Assembly (NCBI GenBank): GCA_025450915.1
Contig: JANWLH010000124.1
Location: 356 to 64,355 of the forward strand
From: Candidatus Limnocylindrales bacterium
Lineage (GTDB): Bacteria; Chloroflexota; Limnocylindria; Limnocylindrales; CSP1-4
Direction: 5' to 3'
Length of the DNA stretch: 64,000 nt
The position numbers and the translations under genes are program-made. Under the pieces are notes generated by a model that ran no database searches, was not told the origin of the DNA, and saw nothing but the letters and a program-made list of their open reading frames with translations. Positions 1 to 8,556 of this stretch are shown here, one piece after another (position 1 is the first letter of the stretch; every line of letters starts with the position of its first letter).

Positions 1-177
1 GGCTTTCTGACCCGCGAGTCGATCACCTGCGCGCTGCACCTCTCCCGCTTCTCCCTGGCGACCGGCGACGTCCTGGATCCTCCCGCCGACCAGCCGCTCG
101 CGATGTACGACGTGCTCGTCCAGGACGGTCGTATCCTGATCGAGGTGCCAGAGGGCCCGCTGCCCATGAACACCTGA
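1..177 (+). CDS. Rieske-type [2Fe-2S] ferredoxin / oxygenase ferredoxin component, C-terminal fragment (5' end outside window)
   Basis: The frame is open from base 1 to TGA at 175-177. The translation ...ESITCALHLSRFSLATGDVLDPPADQPLAMYDVLVQDGRILIEV carries the C-x2-H half of the Rieske cluster motif, followed by the usual F-x-l-x-tG strand. Confidence 0.6.
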   Translation, partial: GFLTRESITCALHLSRFSLATGDVLDPPADQPLAMYDVLVQDGRILIEVPEGPLPMNT

Positions 178-331
178 GGTGCGTTGCAGAAGCGGCCGTC
201 GGTCATCGCCAGGACGGTGCGGCACTCAGCGGATCACGCCCCAAGGTGCGTCGTCGATTCGCCTCAGCCGTTGCTGGCGATGGAGGCGGATATCCGCTAC
301 CCAGCCCAGGAAGCCGCGCTTACCGGAGAAC

Positions 332-670
332 GTGAACGTGCCAACCACAGTATTCCGTGATCTTGTCGCCGAGGCTGCCATTCCAGCCCGGGGCATCCTC
401 AGCCAAACGCTCTCGAATGAGAACGGGATCGAGCTTGTCCTGTTCGCATTTGCCTCGGGCGAGCAACTCGCCGAACACACCTCGGCCCGTCCCGCCATCA
501 TCCACATCCTCTCCGGGGAGGGCGATCTCACCGTGGGCGTGAACGCGCTTGGCGCCATTCCCGGCACCTGGGTCCGGATGCCGGCCGACACGAAGCACAG
601 CCTGGTCGCCCGCACGGCCCTGGTGATGGCGCTCTATCTGCTGCCACGCGATGTCGCCCCGACGGGCTGA
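332..670 (+). CDS. Cupin-domain protein
   Basis: Lies in ORF 179..670. The start is placed at GTG 332, with GGAG at 325-328 upstream. Cupin barrel motifs are present (GEQLAEHTSARPAIIHILSGEG ... GTWVRMPADTKHSL). The start codon is uncertain. Confidence 0.65.
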   Translation: MNVPTTVFRDLVAEAAIPARGILSQTLSNENGIELVLFAFASGEQLAEHTSARPAIIHILSGEGDLTVGVNALGAIPGTWVRMPADTKHSLVARTALVMALYLLPRDVAPTG

Positions 671-927
671 GTCGCGCTAATCGTCCCTGGCCAGTTCCGC
701 GGCGATCCTGCGACTGCTCCCGAGGTCCGGAGATGGCAGACAGTGGGCGTCGCCTGGCGCCGAGTTCAGGGCACGGTCCATGTCGCCTGGTCGGATACCA
801 GGCGAAGGTCGCGACTGCCACTTCCGGCGGGCGTGGCGGCCACGGTCGCACCCGGCTGCACGGTGGGACCTCCGCCTTGGGGTGGTTGGCTGGCGGCACC
901 CGGCGAGCCTGCCCCGGCCGCGGGGCG

Positions 928-2742
928 TCAGCGACGATTCATCCGGGGGATGCGCCGAGGTCGGATGATCCGCTCGCGGTGGCGCTCCTCGACGAGCAGC
1001 CGTTCGCGCGCCCGGAGAAGGTCGGACTGCCCCAGGAGCCCGAGCAGGTGGGTTGGTTCCGTGCGCTCGACGACTGGCAGCAACCCCAGCCCGGTCGCCG
1101 CCATTCGATCGGCCGCGGTACGCAGGGTCTCATCCCCGTAGGCCACGGCCGCAGGCACCATCAGGTCGCCGACCGTCGCCTCGGCAGCTCCGTCAAGGGT
1201 GGCCGAACGGTCCGTCTCCCGCCGTCCGATCACCCCAACGAGCCGGCCGGCTTCGTCGACGACGGGGTAGAGTCGCTGGCGGCGACGGTCTTCATCGGCA
1301 CGCAGGAGCGCGGCCAGGTCGGCCACCGGTCGGCTGGGCTCGACCGTCAGGATCTTCGTCGTCATGACATCCCGCACGAACAGCGCCTCGAGCGGTTCCA
1401 CCGCGTACTCGCGCATCACGTGGAACCCCCGGCGGGCGACCTTCTCGGTGAGGATCGAGCGCTTGAGGACGAGCACGCTGATGGCGCAAGCCGCAATGCA
1501 GGCAATGAGGAGGGGCAGGAAGACGTTCGGGTCGTGGCTCAGCTCGAACGCGAAGAGGATCGCCGTGAACGGCGAGCGGGTCACCCCGGCCATCGTGGCC
1601 GCCATCCCCACAAGGGCCCAGATCGCGGGTGAACCCCCGGGCAGCAGCGGAGCAAGGAGGCCGCCGACCGCCCCGCCGATCAAGAGCAGGGGCGCGAGGA
1701 TTCCACCGCTCGTGCCCGAACCCAGCGCAATCGACCAGATCACGAGCTTGGTGATGAGCAGGAGCAGCAGGGCATCGACCGCCAGGTTGCCGGCAAGCTC
1801 GGCCCGAATCGAGTCATAACCCACGCCGAGCGCCCGGGGATCGACGAGGCCGCCTACGCCGATGACCACGCCGCCGATCGCCGGCCACCACATCCAATGG
1901 ATCGGGATGCGCTTGAACAGGTCCTCGGCCCCGTACACGCACGCGGTCAGCGCCCAGGCAACCAGCCCACCCACGACGCCGAGCGCGAGTGCGCTCAGCA
2001 GCCCGAGGTCCCCGAGCGGCGCGTGCGCCGGCACCGGAAAGAGGGGCACGGCGGCCAGCAAGCCGGCATCAGCAAGGGGGAAACGCAGCGCCGCGGCCAG
2101 GGCGGCAGCGGCGGCCACCGGAATCAGTGAACGTGGGCGCCATTCGAACAGGAGCAGCTCGGTTCCGAGCAGGACCGCCGCGAGCGGGGTGCCGAACACC
2201 GCCGTCATGCCCGCCGCGGCCCCGGCGACGAGCAGCGTCTTGCGCTCCGCCGCGCTCAGGTGGACGAGTTGACCGAGGAGCGAGCCGATCGCCCCACCGG
2301 TCATGATGATCGGGCCTTCGGCTCCGAACGGGCCGCCCGTTCCGATGCTGATCGCCGAGCTGATCGGCTTGAGCACCGCGAGGCGCGGCTCAACTTTGCT
2401 GCCGCCCACGAGGATGGCTTCCATCGCCTCGGGGATGCCGTGACCGCGGATCCGCTCCGAGCCATAGCGGGCCATGAGGCCGACGAGCAGGCCGCCGACG
2501 ACCGGGATCAGGATGGACGCCGGTCCAAGCCCGGTCAGCGGAGGCTGGACGAGGTTGACGTCCAGCCGGCCGTAGTAGCTCACGTTGGTCACGAGCCCGA
2601 TCAGGTCGAGCAGGACGACGGCGATGAGCGTGCCGATGGCGCCTACGATCAGGGCCAGGGGCACCAGTCGCAGCTCGTGCAGGGTTAGGGTGAAATCACC
2701 GAGCTCTCCCGGTTGATGGTCGCCTTCTGGCGCGCTCGTCAC
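928..2742 (-). CDS. ClC-family chloride channel / H+-Cl- antiporter with C-terminal CBS pair
   Basis: 604-aa ORF with GTG start. ClC filter-like motifs GHGIPE, GPFGAEGPII and GTSGGILAPLL, and many hydrophobic helices. Two CBS-like repeats sit in the last ~150 aa (VRDVMTTKILTV..., VGDLMVPAAVAY...). Confidence 0.9.
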   Translation of the reverse strand: MTSAPEGDHQPGELGDFTLTLHELRLVPLALIVGAIGTLIAVVLLDLIGLVTNVSYYGRLDVNLVQPPLTGLGPASILIPVVGGLLVGLMARYGSERIRGHGIPEAMEAILVGGSKVEPRLAVLKPISSAISIGTGGPFGAEGPIIMTGGAIGSLLGQLVHLSAAERKTLLVAGAAAGMTAVFGTPLAAVLLGTELLLFEWRPRSLIPVAAAAALAAALRFPLADAGLLAAVPLFPVPAHAPLGDLGLLSALALGVVGGLVAWALTACVYGAEDLFKRIPIHWMWWPAIGGVVIGVGGLVDPRALGVGYDSIRAELAGNLAVDALLLLLITKLVIWSIALGSGTSGGILAPLLLIGGAVGGLLAPLLPGGSPAIWALVGMAATMAGVTRSPFTAILFAFELSHDPNVFLPLLIACIAACAISVLVLKRSILTEKVARRGFHVMREYAVEPLEALFVRDVMTTKILTVEPSRPVADLAALLRADEDRRRQRLYPVVDEAGRLVGVIGRRETDRSATLDGAAEATVGDLMVPAAVAYGDETLRTAADRMAATGLGLLPVVERTEPTHLLGLLGQSDLLRARERLLVEERHRERIIRPRRIPRMNRR

Positions 2743-2744
2743 CT

Positions 2745-3002
2745 TCAGGCGTGGAGCTGCGAGCCGTCGCGCCAGACCGTCCAGTGAGCGACCCGGCTCA
2801 TGACCTCGTCCACCGAGCGGCTGTAGGCGATTCGTGCGTCTGGGTAGCCCTCATCGTGGAGCTCCGCCTCTGCACGTTCGGCGACAGCCGGGCGATCGAT
2901 GTCCAGCCCGTCGCGAAGCGCGTCTGCAAGGCTCTCGTCGAGTGCCCGGACGAAGGCCCGGTCATCCCAGTCGACGACCTTGATCTTGAGCCGGCAGTTC
3001 AC
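2745..3002 (-). CDS. Small acidic hypothetical protein (85 aa) immediately upstream of the ClC gene
   Basis: The ORF ends (TGA 2747-2745) 2 nt before the ClC GTG start at 2742. No family recognised. Codon third positions look GC-rich like neighbouring genes. Confidence 0.5.
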   Translation of the reverse strand: MNCRLKIKVVDWDDRAFVRALDESLADALRDGLDIDRPAVAERAEAELHDEGYPDARIAYSRSVDEVMSRVAHWTVWRDGSQLHA

Positions 3003-3015
3003 GGCGGTCTCCCTT

Positions 3016-3033
3016 GGACAGTTGTCCTACAAC
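3016..3033. promoter_or_regulatory. Overlapping palindromes, candidate MarR operator
   Basis: GGACAgtTGTCC (3016-3027) overlaps GTTGTcctACAAC (3021-3033). They lie in the 58-bp divergent region between the small ORF/ClC operon and marR, and the region is locally less GC-rich. Confidence 0.35.
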
Positions 3034-3060
3034 AACTAACCACGGGATCATACTGACCCA

Positions 3061-3540
3061 ATGGAGCCGACGCAAACACCCACCGCCCACGACGGCTTGG
3101 CGGTCGTCGACGAACGACTCATCGGGGCGCTCGACGAGCTCGTCGGCGCAGCCGTCGGGGTGACGACGGTTGCCCTGGCCCAAACGGTCATCGGGCAGGA
3201 CCTGACGTTGCCCCAATGGCGGGCCCTTGTCGTGATCAGTTCGACCGATGGGCTCCGCGTCAGTGATGTCGCGGCGCGGATCGGGATGTCGCGCCCGTCG
3301 ATGACCCGGCTCGTCCAGCGACTCCAGCGTCGGGGCGTGATCGTCGCCGAACCGGACCCCAGCGACGGACGGGCAACCATTCTCCGAGCGACCGCAGCCG
3401 GGATGGCGATGCGAGTCGCGACGATGACGGGGCGACGAAGACTGATCGTCGAGGCCCTCGGTTCGCGACCGGAGACCTTCTCGCCCGACCTGGCGCACGG
3501 TCTGACGGCGATCGCCAGGGCGCTCGAGCGCTACCGCTGA
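3061..3540 (+). CDS. MarR-family transcriptional regulator
   Basis: 159-aa ORF with ATG start. Winged-helix block LTLPQWRALVVISSTDGLRVSDVAARIGMSRPSMTRLVQRLQRRGVIVAEPDPSDGRA is typical of MarR. Confidence 0.9.
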   Translation: MEPTQTPTAHDGLAVVDERLIGALDELVGAAVGVTTVALAQTVIGQDLTLPQWRALVVISSTDGLRVSDVAARIGMSRPSMTRLVQRLQRRGVIVAEPDPSDGRATILRATAAGMAMRVATMTGRRRLIVEALGSRPETFSPDLAHGLTAIARALERYR

Positions 3541-3593
3541 AGCTGGGTCGACTCAAGGATCAGGAGCGCCCCGGATGAGCAGTTGACGCGGGC

Positions 3594-4172
3594 TCAGAGC
3601 CGGCCGAGGGCTGCGATGGCCACCTTCGTCAACGCGGCCTGGATCTGCGCCGCCCCGGCGGAGCCGACCGGGTTGGACATGGCCACGTCGACCACGGTGC
3701 CGTTCTGCAGGACCGCCAGCCCTGACAGGTCGGCGTTGAACCGGGCGTCGCTGCCAACGCCGCTGACCGGTTGCCCAGCGAAGGCGGCTTCGAATGATGT
3801 CGAGTCCTCGCCGGCCCCGACGCGCTCGTAGAGGGTGAGCACGAGGTCGGTTCGGCCGTCGGCGCTCGTGTACTCGCACACCTGGACTTGGCCTTGGTCC
3901 TTGCGTTTCACGGTCGCCACTGGCACGCCGATCGCGGCCTGGGCCTCGGCGGACGTGACGAGCGCGCACGGGTCCGTCGAGCCGCTCGCGCCTTCGCTGG
4001 CCGCTGGGGCCGTGCTGGCCAGGGGGGCGTTGCTGGCCAGGGGGGCGTTGCTGGCCAGGGGGGCGTCGCTGATCGTCGGATTGGTGGCGCTGCCTGAGCA
4101 GGCGGCGGCCATGAGCGCCACGAGCCCCAGGGCGGCGACACGCCGGGGGCCCGGATGCGGATGGATGGACAC
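3594..4172 (-). CDS. Secreted lipoprotein of unknown function with NAPLAS x3 linker
   Basis: Lies in ORF 3594..4307. The start is placed at GTG 4172, preceded by AAGGAG (minus strand, 4185-4180). The signal peptide has lipobox LVALMAAAC, followed by a Pro/Ala/Ser linker and then a ~130-aa domain with 2 Cys. Confidence 0.7.
   Translation of the reverse strand: MSIHPHPGPRRVAALGLVALMAAACSGSATNPTISDAPLASNAPLASNAPLASTAPAASEGASGSTDPCALVTSAEAQAAIGVPVATVKRKDQGQVQVCEYTSADGRTDLVLTLYERVGAGEDSTSFEAAFAGQPVSGVGSDARFNADLSGLAVLQNGTVVDVAMSNPVGSAGAAQIQAALTKVAIAALGRL
4014..4067. repeat. Tandem repeat, 3 x 18 bp (GCTGGCCAGGGGGGCGTT)
   Basis: Read directly: two identical units at 4014-4031 and 4032-4049, and a third at 4050-4067 with one change. 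On the minus strand it encodes NAPLAS x3 inside the lipoprotein linker. Confidence 0.9.
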
Positions 4173-4337
4173 GAGATCGCTCCTTTGGTCGGCCTCTTCT
4201 CGCAGGACACGCGGCTCGTGGCCGCGTGTCACCAGTCTCGACAAGGCCGATCGCAGATCAATCGCAAGATCCGGGCGCAGGATCGCAGCGGCGCCACCGA
4301 CCGCCATCGGATCGGCGGGCGAGCGTGGTCGTCGCGG

Positions 4338-5360
4338 CTAGCGCCAGCCGAGGCCGGGCGCGACGAACTTGAGGATGCTCTCGATGGCGTGGGCGTTGTA
4401 CTCGACGCCGAGCTGGTTCGGGACCGTCAGCAGCAACGTGTCGGCGGCCTGGATCGCGGTGTCCTTGGCCAGCTCCGTGACCAGGACATCGGGCTCCGCG
4501 GCGTACGAGCGCCCGAAGATGGCCTTCGTCTGCGCATCGAGGTAGCCCACCTTGTCCGTGTCCTGGTTGCCTCGTCCGAAGTAGGCCCGGTCACGATCGT
4601 CGACAAGGGCAAAGATGCTCCGACTGACCGACACCCGCGGCTCGCGAGTGTGCCCGGCCGCGGCCCAGGCGGCACGGAACAGGCGGATCTGTTCCGCCTG
4701 GAGCTCGTGGAACGGCACGCCGGCGTCCTCGGTCAACAGCGTTGACGACATCAGGTTCAAGCCCTGCTGCCCGGTCCATTCGGCGGTCGCACGTGATCCG
4801 GCGCCCCACCAGATCCGGTCGCGCAGGCCCGGGGAATGGGGCTCGGGGCGCAGCAGGCCGGGTGGGTTCGGGAACATCGGCGACGGGTTGGGCTGGGCAA
4901 AGCCCGCGCCGGACAGGGCCTGGAGGAACACGTCCGCGTGCTGGCGGGCCATGTCCGCGTCGGTCTCGCCTTCGGACGGCGCGTAGCCGAAGTAGCGGAA
5001 GCCATCGATGACCTGTTCGGGGGACCCGCGGCTGATCCCGAGCTGAAGGCGACCGCCCGCGATCAGGTCGGCGGCGCCGGCATCCTCGACCATGTAGAGC
5101 GGGTTCTCGTAGCGCATGTCGATGACGGCGGTGCCGATCTCGATCCGCTTCGTCCGCGCCCCGATCGCCGCCAGGAGCGGGAACGGCGAGCCGAGCTGCT
5201 GGGCGAAGTGGTGGACCCGGAAATAGGCGCCGTCGGCACCCAGGTCCTCAACGGCCTCGGAAAGCTCGATCGACTGGATGAGCGCGTCGGCGCCCGACCG
5301 AACCTGCGAATACGGCGACGCCGACCAATGACCGAACGACAGGAACCCGATCTTCTTCAC
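4338..5360 (-). CDS. LLM-class flavin-dependent oxidoreductase (luciferase-like monooxygenase family)
   Basis: 340-aa ORF with GTG start. N-terminus MKKIGFLSFGHW..., plus AYFRVHHF and RLQLGISRGSPEQ, are typical of luciferase-like TIM-barrel proteins. Confidence 0.9.
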   Translation of the reverse strand: MKKIGFLSFGHWSASPYSQVRSGADALIQSIELSEAVEDLGADGAYFRVHHFAQQLGSPFPLLAAIGARTKRIEIGTAVIDMRYENPLYMVEDAGAADLIAGGRLQLGISRGSPEQVIDGFRYFGYAPSEGETDADMARQHADVFLQALSGAGFAQPNPSPMFPNPPGLLRPEPHSPGLRDRIWWGAGSRATAEWTGQQGLNLMSSTLLTEDAGVPFHELQAEQIRLFRAAWAAAGHTREPRVSVSRSIFALVDDRDRAYFGRGNQDTDKVGYLDAQTKAIFGRSYAAEPDVLVTELAKDTAIQAADTLLLTVPNQLGVEYNAHAIESILKFVAPGLGWR

Positions 5361-5438
5361 CGACCGATTCTAACCGTCGGCAGACTCACTCCCCCGACAG
5401 CTGGTCGCGGAGGCGGACGAGGAGGCCTTCGCCGGCGA

Positions 5439-6632
5439 TTAGAACTCGGCGGGCAGGTGCTTGAAGGCCCGGTCCGTGGGCGTGCTGATCCGCTCGATCG
5501 GCCCGGTGATCGCGTATTCGGGGATTCGGGCGAAGAGCTCCTCGAAGGCGATCCGGCCCTCGAGCCGGGCCAGCGGCGCCCCGATGCAATGGTGAATTCC
5601 CTCGCCGAACGTCAGGTGACGGAGCGGCTCGCGAGTGATGTCGAGGCGATCCGGGTCGGTCCAGCGCCGCTCGTCACGGCCGGCCGACGCCCAGATGAGG
5701 CTGACGTGGGCACCCTCGGGGATCGTCTGCCCGTCGACATCGACGTCTCGGACCGTCGTCCGGAGCAGCGTCTGGATGGGCGGATCGAAGCGGAGGAGCT
5801 CTTCGACGGCCGCGGGCAGGCGCTCCGGTTCCGTGCGCATCAGGGCGAGCTGATCGGGATTGCTGGCCAGGTGGTAGAGCGAGTTGGAGATCAGGCCGGC
5901 GGTGGTGGTGATCCCGGCCACGAACAACAGGACGGAGCTGCCCAGGATCTCGTCGTTGCTCAGCAGACCGTCCTTTTCGGCCTGGACCATCGTGCTGAGA
6001 AGGTCCTCCCGCGGCTGGACCCGCCGCGCGGCGGCGGCTTCGCCGACGTACGCCTGGAGCTTGTCACGCGCATGGAGGGTGCTCGCCGGCATCGCCGCCT
6101 GCCCGGGCACCCGGTGGAGCAGCTCGTCGAACCACTCGAGGAGCATCGCGTGGTCCTCGTCCGGGAAGCCGAGCCAGGTGCACACCATCCTGGCCGGCAG
6201 CGGCCGGGCGAGGTCCTGGGCGAAGTCCGCCCGGCCCGAGTCGGCGAACTGGTCGACGAGCGCGCGCGCAACGACCCGGACCGGCGGCTCGAAGCGCTCC
6301 CGGATCGCCGTCGGGTTGAACGCGTCCTTGAAGACCTTGCGCAGCCGGGTGTGGATCGGCGGGTCCACCCCGGCGAGGTCGCCCGCCGGCTGGAACAGCT
6401 GGTACGTGTCGTCGTGATCGTTGCCCTCGCGGCTCGAGTACGTCTGCCAGTCGCGGGCGACCCGCTGGACGTCGTCGAACCGCGAGAAGGCCCACACGTC
6501 GCGGCCGAGGTGGTGGTAGAGCGGCGCCTCATCGCGCAGCCGGCGATAGCCGGGGTACGGATCCTCGAGGGGCAGCAGAGGATCCCAGGGGATGGGCCCG
6601 TCCAGCAGGGCAACCTGGTCGGCCTGAGACAT
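5439..6632 (-). CDS. Cytochrome P450
   Basis: 397-aa ORF. Heme-thiolate loop FGEGIHHCIGAPLARLE, I-helix-like AGITTTAG and an ExxR motif (EELLR). GGGAG lies 7 nt upstream of ATG 6632. Confidence 0.95.
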   Translation of the reverse strand: MSQADQVALLDGPIPWDPLLPLEDPYPGYRRLRDEAPLYHHLGRDVWAFSRFDDVQRVARDWQTYSSREGNDHDDTYQLFQPAGDLAGVDPPIHTRLRKVFKDAFNPTAIRERFEPPVRVVARALVDQFADSGRADFAQDLARPLPARMVCTWLGFPDEDHAMLLEWFDELLHRVPGQAAMPASTLHARDKLQAYVGEAAAARRVQPREDLLSTMVQAEKDGLLSNDEILGSSVLLFVAGITTTAGLISNSLYHLASNPDQLALMRTEPERLPAAVEELLRFDPPIQTLLRTTVRDVDVDGQTIPEGAHVSLIWASAGRDERRWTDPDRLDITREPLRHLTFGEGIHHCIGAPLARLEGRIAFEELFARIPEYAITGPIERISTPTDRAFKHLPAEF

Positions 6633-6697
6633 GGTTCACTCCCTCGGCGTGGAGCCGTCGCTCAACCGCGATCGAACGGACTGCTCGACGCAGCGCG

Positions 6698-6711
6698 TGC
6701 AATCGTTAGCA
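6698..6711. promoter_or_regulatory. LacI-type operator candidate, site 1 (TGCAATCGTTAGCA)
   Basis: 14-mer matching the LacI/GalR pattern TGnAAnCGnTTnCA at 9 of 10 fixed positions. It sits in the divergent region between the P450 gene and the TIM-barrel gene at 6779, and shares the core GCAATCG-TT with sites 2-4. Confidence 0.45.
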
Positions 6712-6778
6712 CCGATATCATGCTACAACCCGTGGAGGCCCGGCAGCGCGAATTGGCGCGCCATCAAAGGAGCTGCTG

Positions 6779-7741
6779 GTGGACATCGGCCTGTACACCG
6801 ACTCGTTGACGGAGCACCGCTTCGAGCCAGCCCTCGACATCGCCGCGAGCAGTGGCGTCAGGTCCATCGAGATCGCCACGGGTGGCCAGTCGAGCGCCCC
6901 GCACCTGGATCTCGACGTGCTGCTCGGCAGCGCGGCCGCACGGACGAGCTTCCTCGCGGCGTTCGAGAGCCGCGGCCTGCGAATCGCGGCACTCAACTGC
7001 TCGGCCTGGCCGATGCACCCGGTCCTGGGTCCGGCCCATTCCGAGCTGATCAGCAAGACCCTTCGGCTGGCCGGGGAGCTGGGTGTCTCGAAGATCGTGT
7101 CGATGTCCGGCTGCCCCGGCGACGGGCCGGGGTCGACGACCTTCAACTGGACCTGGTATCCCTGGCCGGCCGACGCCGTCGCGCTCGGTCAGCGGAACTG
7201 GGGCGAGGGCGTCCGCTTCTGGACCGAGAAGGTCCGGCTCGCCGAGCACTGCGGGGTCGATCGGATTGCCTTCGAGCTCCATCCGCTCCACCTGGTCTAC
7301 AACGTCCCGACGGCCGTCGCGTTCCGATCCGAGGTCGGCGAGCGGGTCGGGGTGAACTTGGATCCGAGCCACCTCTTCTGGCAGCAGATGGACCCGATCG
7401 CGGTGATCCGGGCGCTGGGCCCGGCGATCCAGCATGTCCACATGAAGGACACGGAGATCGTCGCCGGCCAGGTCGCCCTCGCGGGCGTCCTCGACAACCG
7501 TCCGTTCGAGACGCCGGCCGAACGCGCCTGGCTGTTCCGGACCGTGGGCCGCATCCATCCAGCGGCGTGGTGGCAGGAGTTCGTCGCGGCCCTGCGCCTG
7601 GCGGGCTACGACGATTCGCTGTCGATCGAGCAGGAAGACCCCTATTCGAGCCAGGAAGATGGCGTCCGCGAGGCCGCGACGTTCATCGGGAGCCTGCTCC
7701 GGCAGCCCCTGCCAGGAGGCCCTGGATCGTCTCGAACATGA
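6779..7741 (+). CDS. Sugar phosphate isomerase/epimerase (xylose isomerase-like TIM barrel)
   Basis: 320-aa ORF. GTG 6779 is preceded by AAAGGAG (6766-6772). Typical AP-endonuclease-2/IolE-type blocks are present (IEIATGG..., FELHPLHLVYN, LDPSHLFWQ, HVHMKD, SIEQED). Confidence 0.85.
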   Translation: MDIGLYTDSLTEHRFEPALDIAASSGVRSIEIATGGQSSAPHLDLDVLLGSAAARTSFLAAFESRGLRIAALNCSAWPMHPVLGPAHSELISKTLRLAGELGVSKIVSMSGCPGDGPGSTTFNWTWYPWPADAVALGQRNWGEGVRFWTEKVRLAEHCGVDRIAFELHPLHLVYNVPTAVAFRSEVGERVGVNLDPSHLFWQQMDPIAVIRALGPAIQHVHMKDTEIVAGQVALAGVLDNRPFETPAERAWLFRTVGRIHPAAWWQEFVAALRLAGYDDSLSIEQEDPYSSQEDGVREAATFIGSLLRQPLPGGPGSSRT

Positions 7742-8555
7742 ACCGGGACGACTCCACGGCCCGCTCTTCCCAGGCGAACACGCAGCTCGTCAGGATGCCG
7801 TCGAAGCCGGCCGCCCTGAGGGCGCCGAAGCAGGCCTCGAAGTCGACCTCGCCCTGGCCGATGTCGAGGTGCTGGTGGACCCGGGCCGGCGAGCCCGGCG
7901 GGTTGACGATGTAGCGCAGGCCGGACGAGGCCCGGTGGTTCAGGACGTCGGCGACGTGGACCTGGGCCAGGACCGGCGCGGCGTAGGCGATCATCGCGGC
8001 GATGTCGTCGCCGAGGTAGTACGTGTGCGGCGCGCAATAGACGTAGCGGACGAGGTCGGAGTCGATGCCCCGGACCAGGTCGACGGCCTCGCGATTGTGC
8101 TCGATGAAGTCGTCCGGGTGGGCCTCCAGGTTCAGCCGGATCCCCTCCCGCTCGAAGATCGGCAGGAGCTCTTCCATCGAGCGCCAGAACTGGGCCTCGC
8201 TCTGGGCGGCCTGGTCGGGCCGGCCGTTGAACTCGGAGTTCATCGTCGGGCAGCCGACGTCGACGCACAGCTGGATCGCCCGCTTCCAGTAGCGCACCGC
8301 GGCCAGGCGCTCGTCCTCATCCGGGCTCGACCAGCGGTAGAGGGGCAGGATCGAGGCCAGCTCGAGGCCCGTTTCGCTCAGGGCGGTCCGGAACTCGCGA
8401 ACCTTGTCGCGGTCCGCCCGCGGGTGGACGAAGAACGGGATGAAGTCAGGCCGCGGCGAGAGCTCGATCGAGTCATAGCCGATCTCCGCCGCGATCCGGC
8501 AGACCTCACCGAACGGGCGCTCCCGGAGCATGTAGGGATCGAGGGCGATCTTCAT
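7683..8555 (-). CDS. Sugar phosphate isomerase/epimerase (xylose isomerase-like TIM barrel)
   Basis: 290-aa ORF. ATG 8555 is separated by one base from the stop of the upstream 874-aa gene (TGAtATG). Motifs YDSIELSP, LNLEAHPDDF, HVADV. Confidence 0.85.
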   Translation of the reverse strand: MKIALDPYMLRERPFGEVCRIAAEIGYDSIELSPRPDFIPFFVHPRADRDKVREFRTALSETGLELASILPLYRWSSPDEDERLAAVRYWKRAIQLCVDVGCPTMNSEFNGRPDQAAQSEAQFWRSMEELLPIFEREGIRLNLEAHPDDFIEHNREAVDLVRGIDSDLVRYVYCAPHTYYLGDDIAAMIAYAAPVLAQVHVADVLNHRASSGLRYIVNPPGSPARVHQHLDIGQGEVDFEACFGALRAAGFDGILTSCVFAWEERAVESSRFMFETIQGLLAGAAGAGSR

Positions 8556-8556
8556 A

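Noticed and set aside
4836-6809. 657-aa plus-strand ORF spanning the LLM and P450 loci
   Set aside because: It is antisense to two well-supported minus-strand genes. Its Arg/Gly/Pro/Asp-rich, low-complexity translation is typical of shadow frames in GC-rich DNA, and it has no recognisable motifs.
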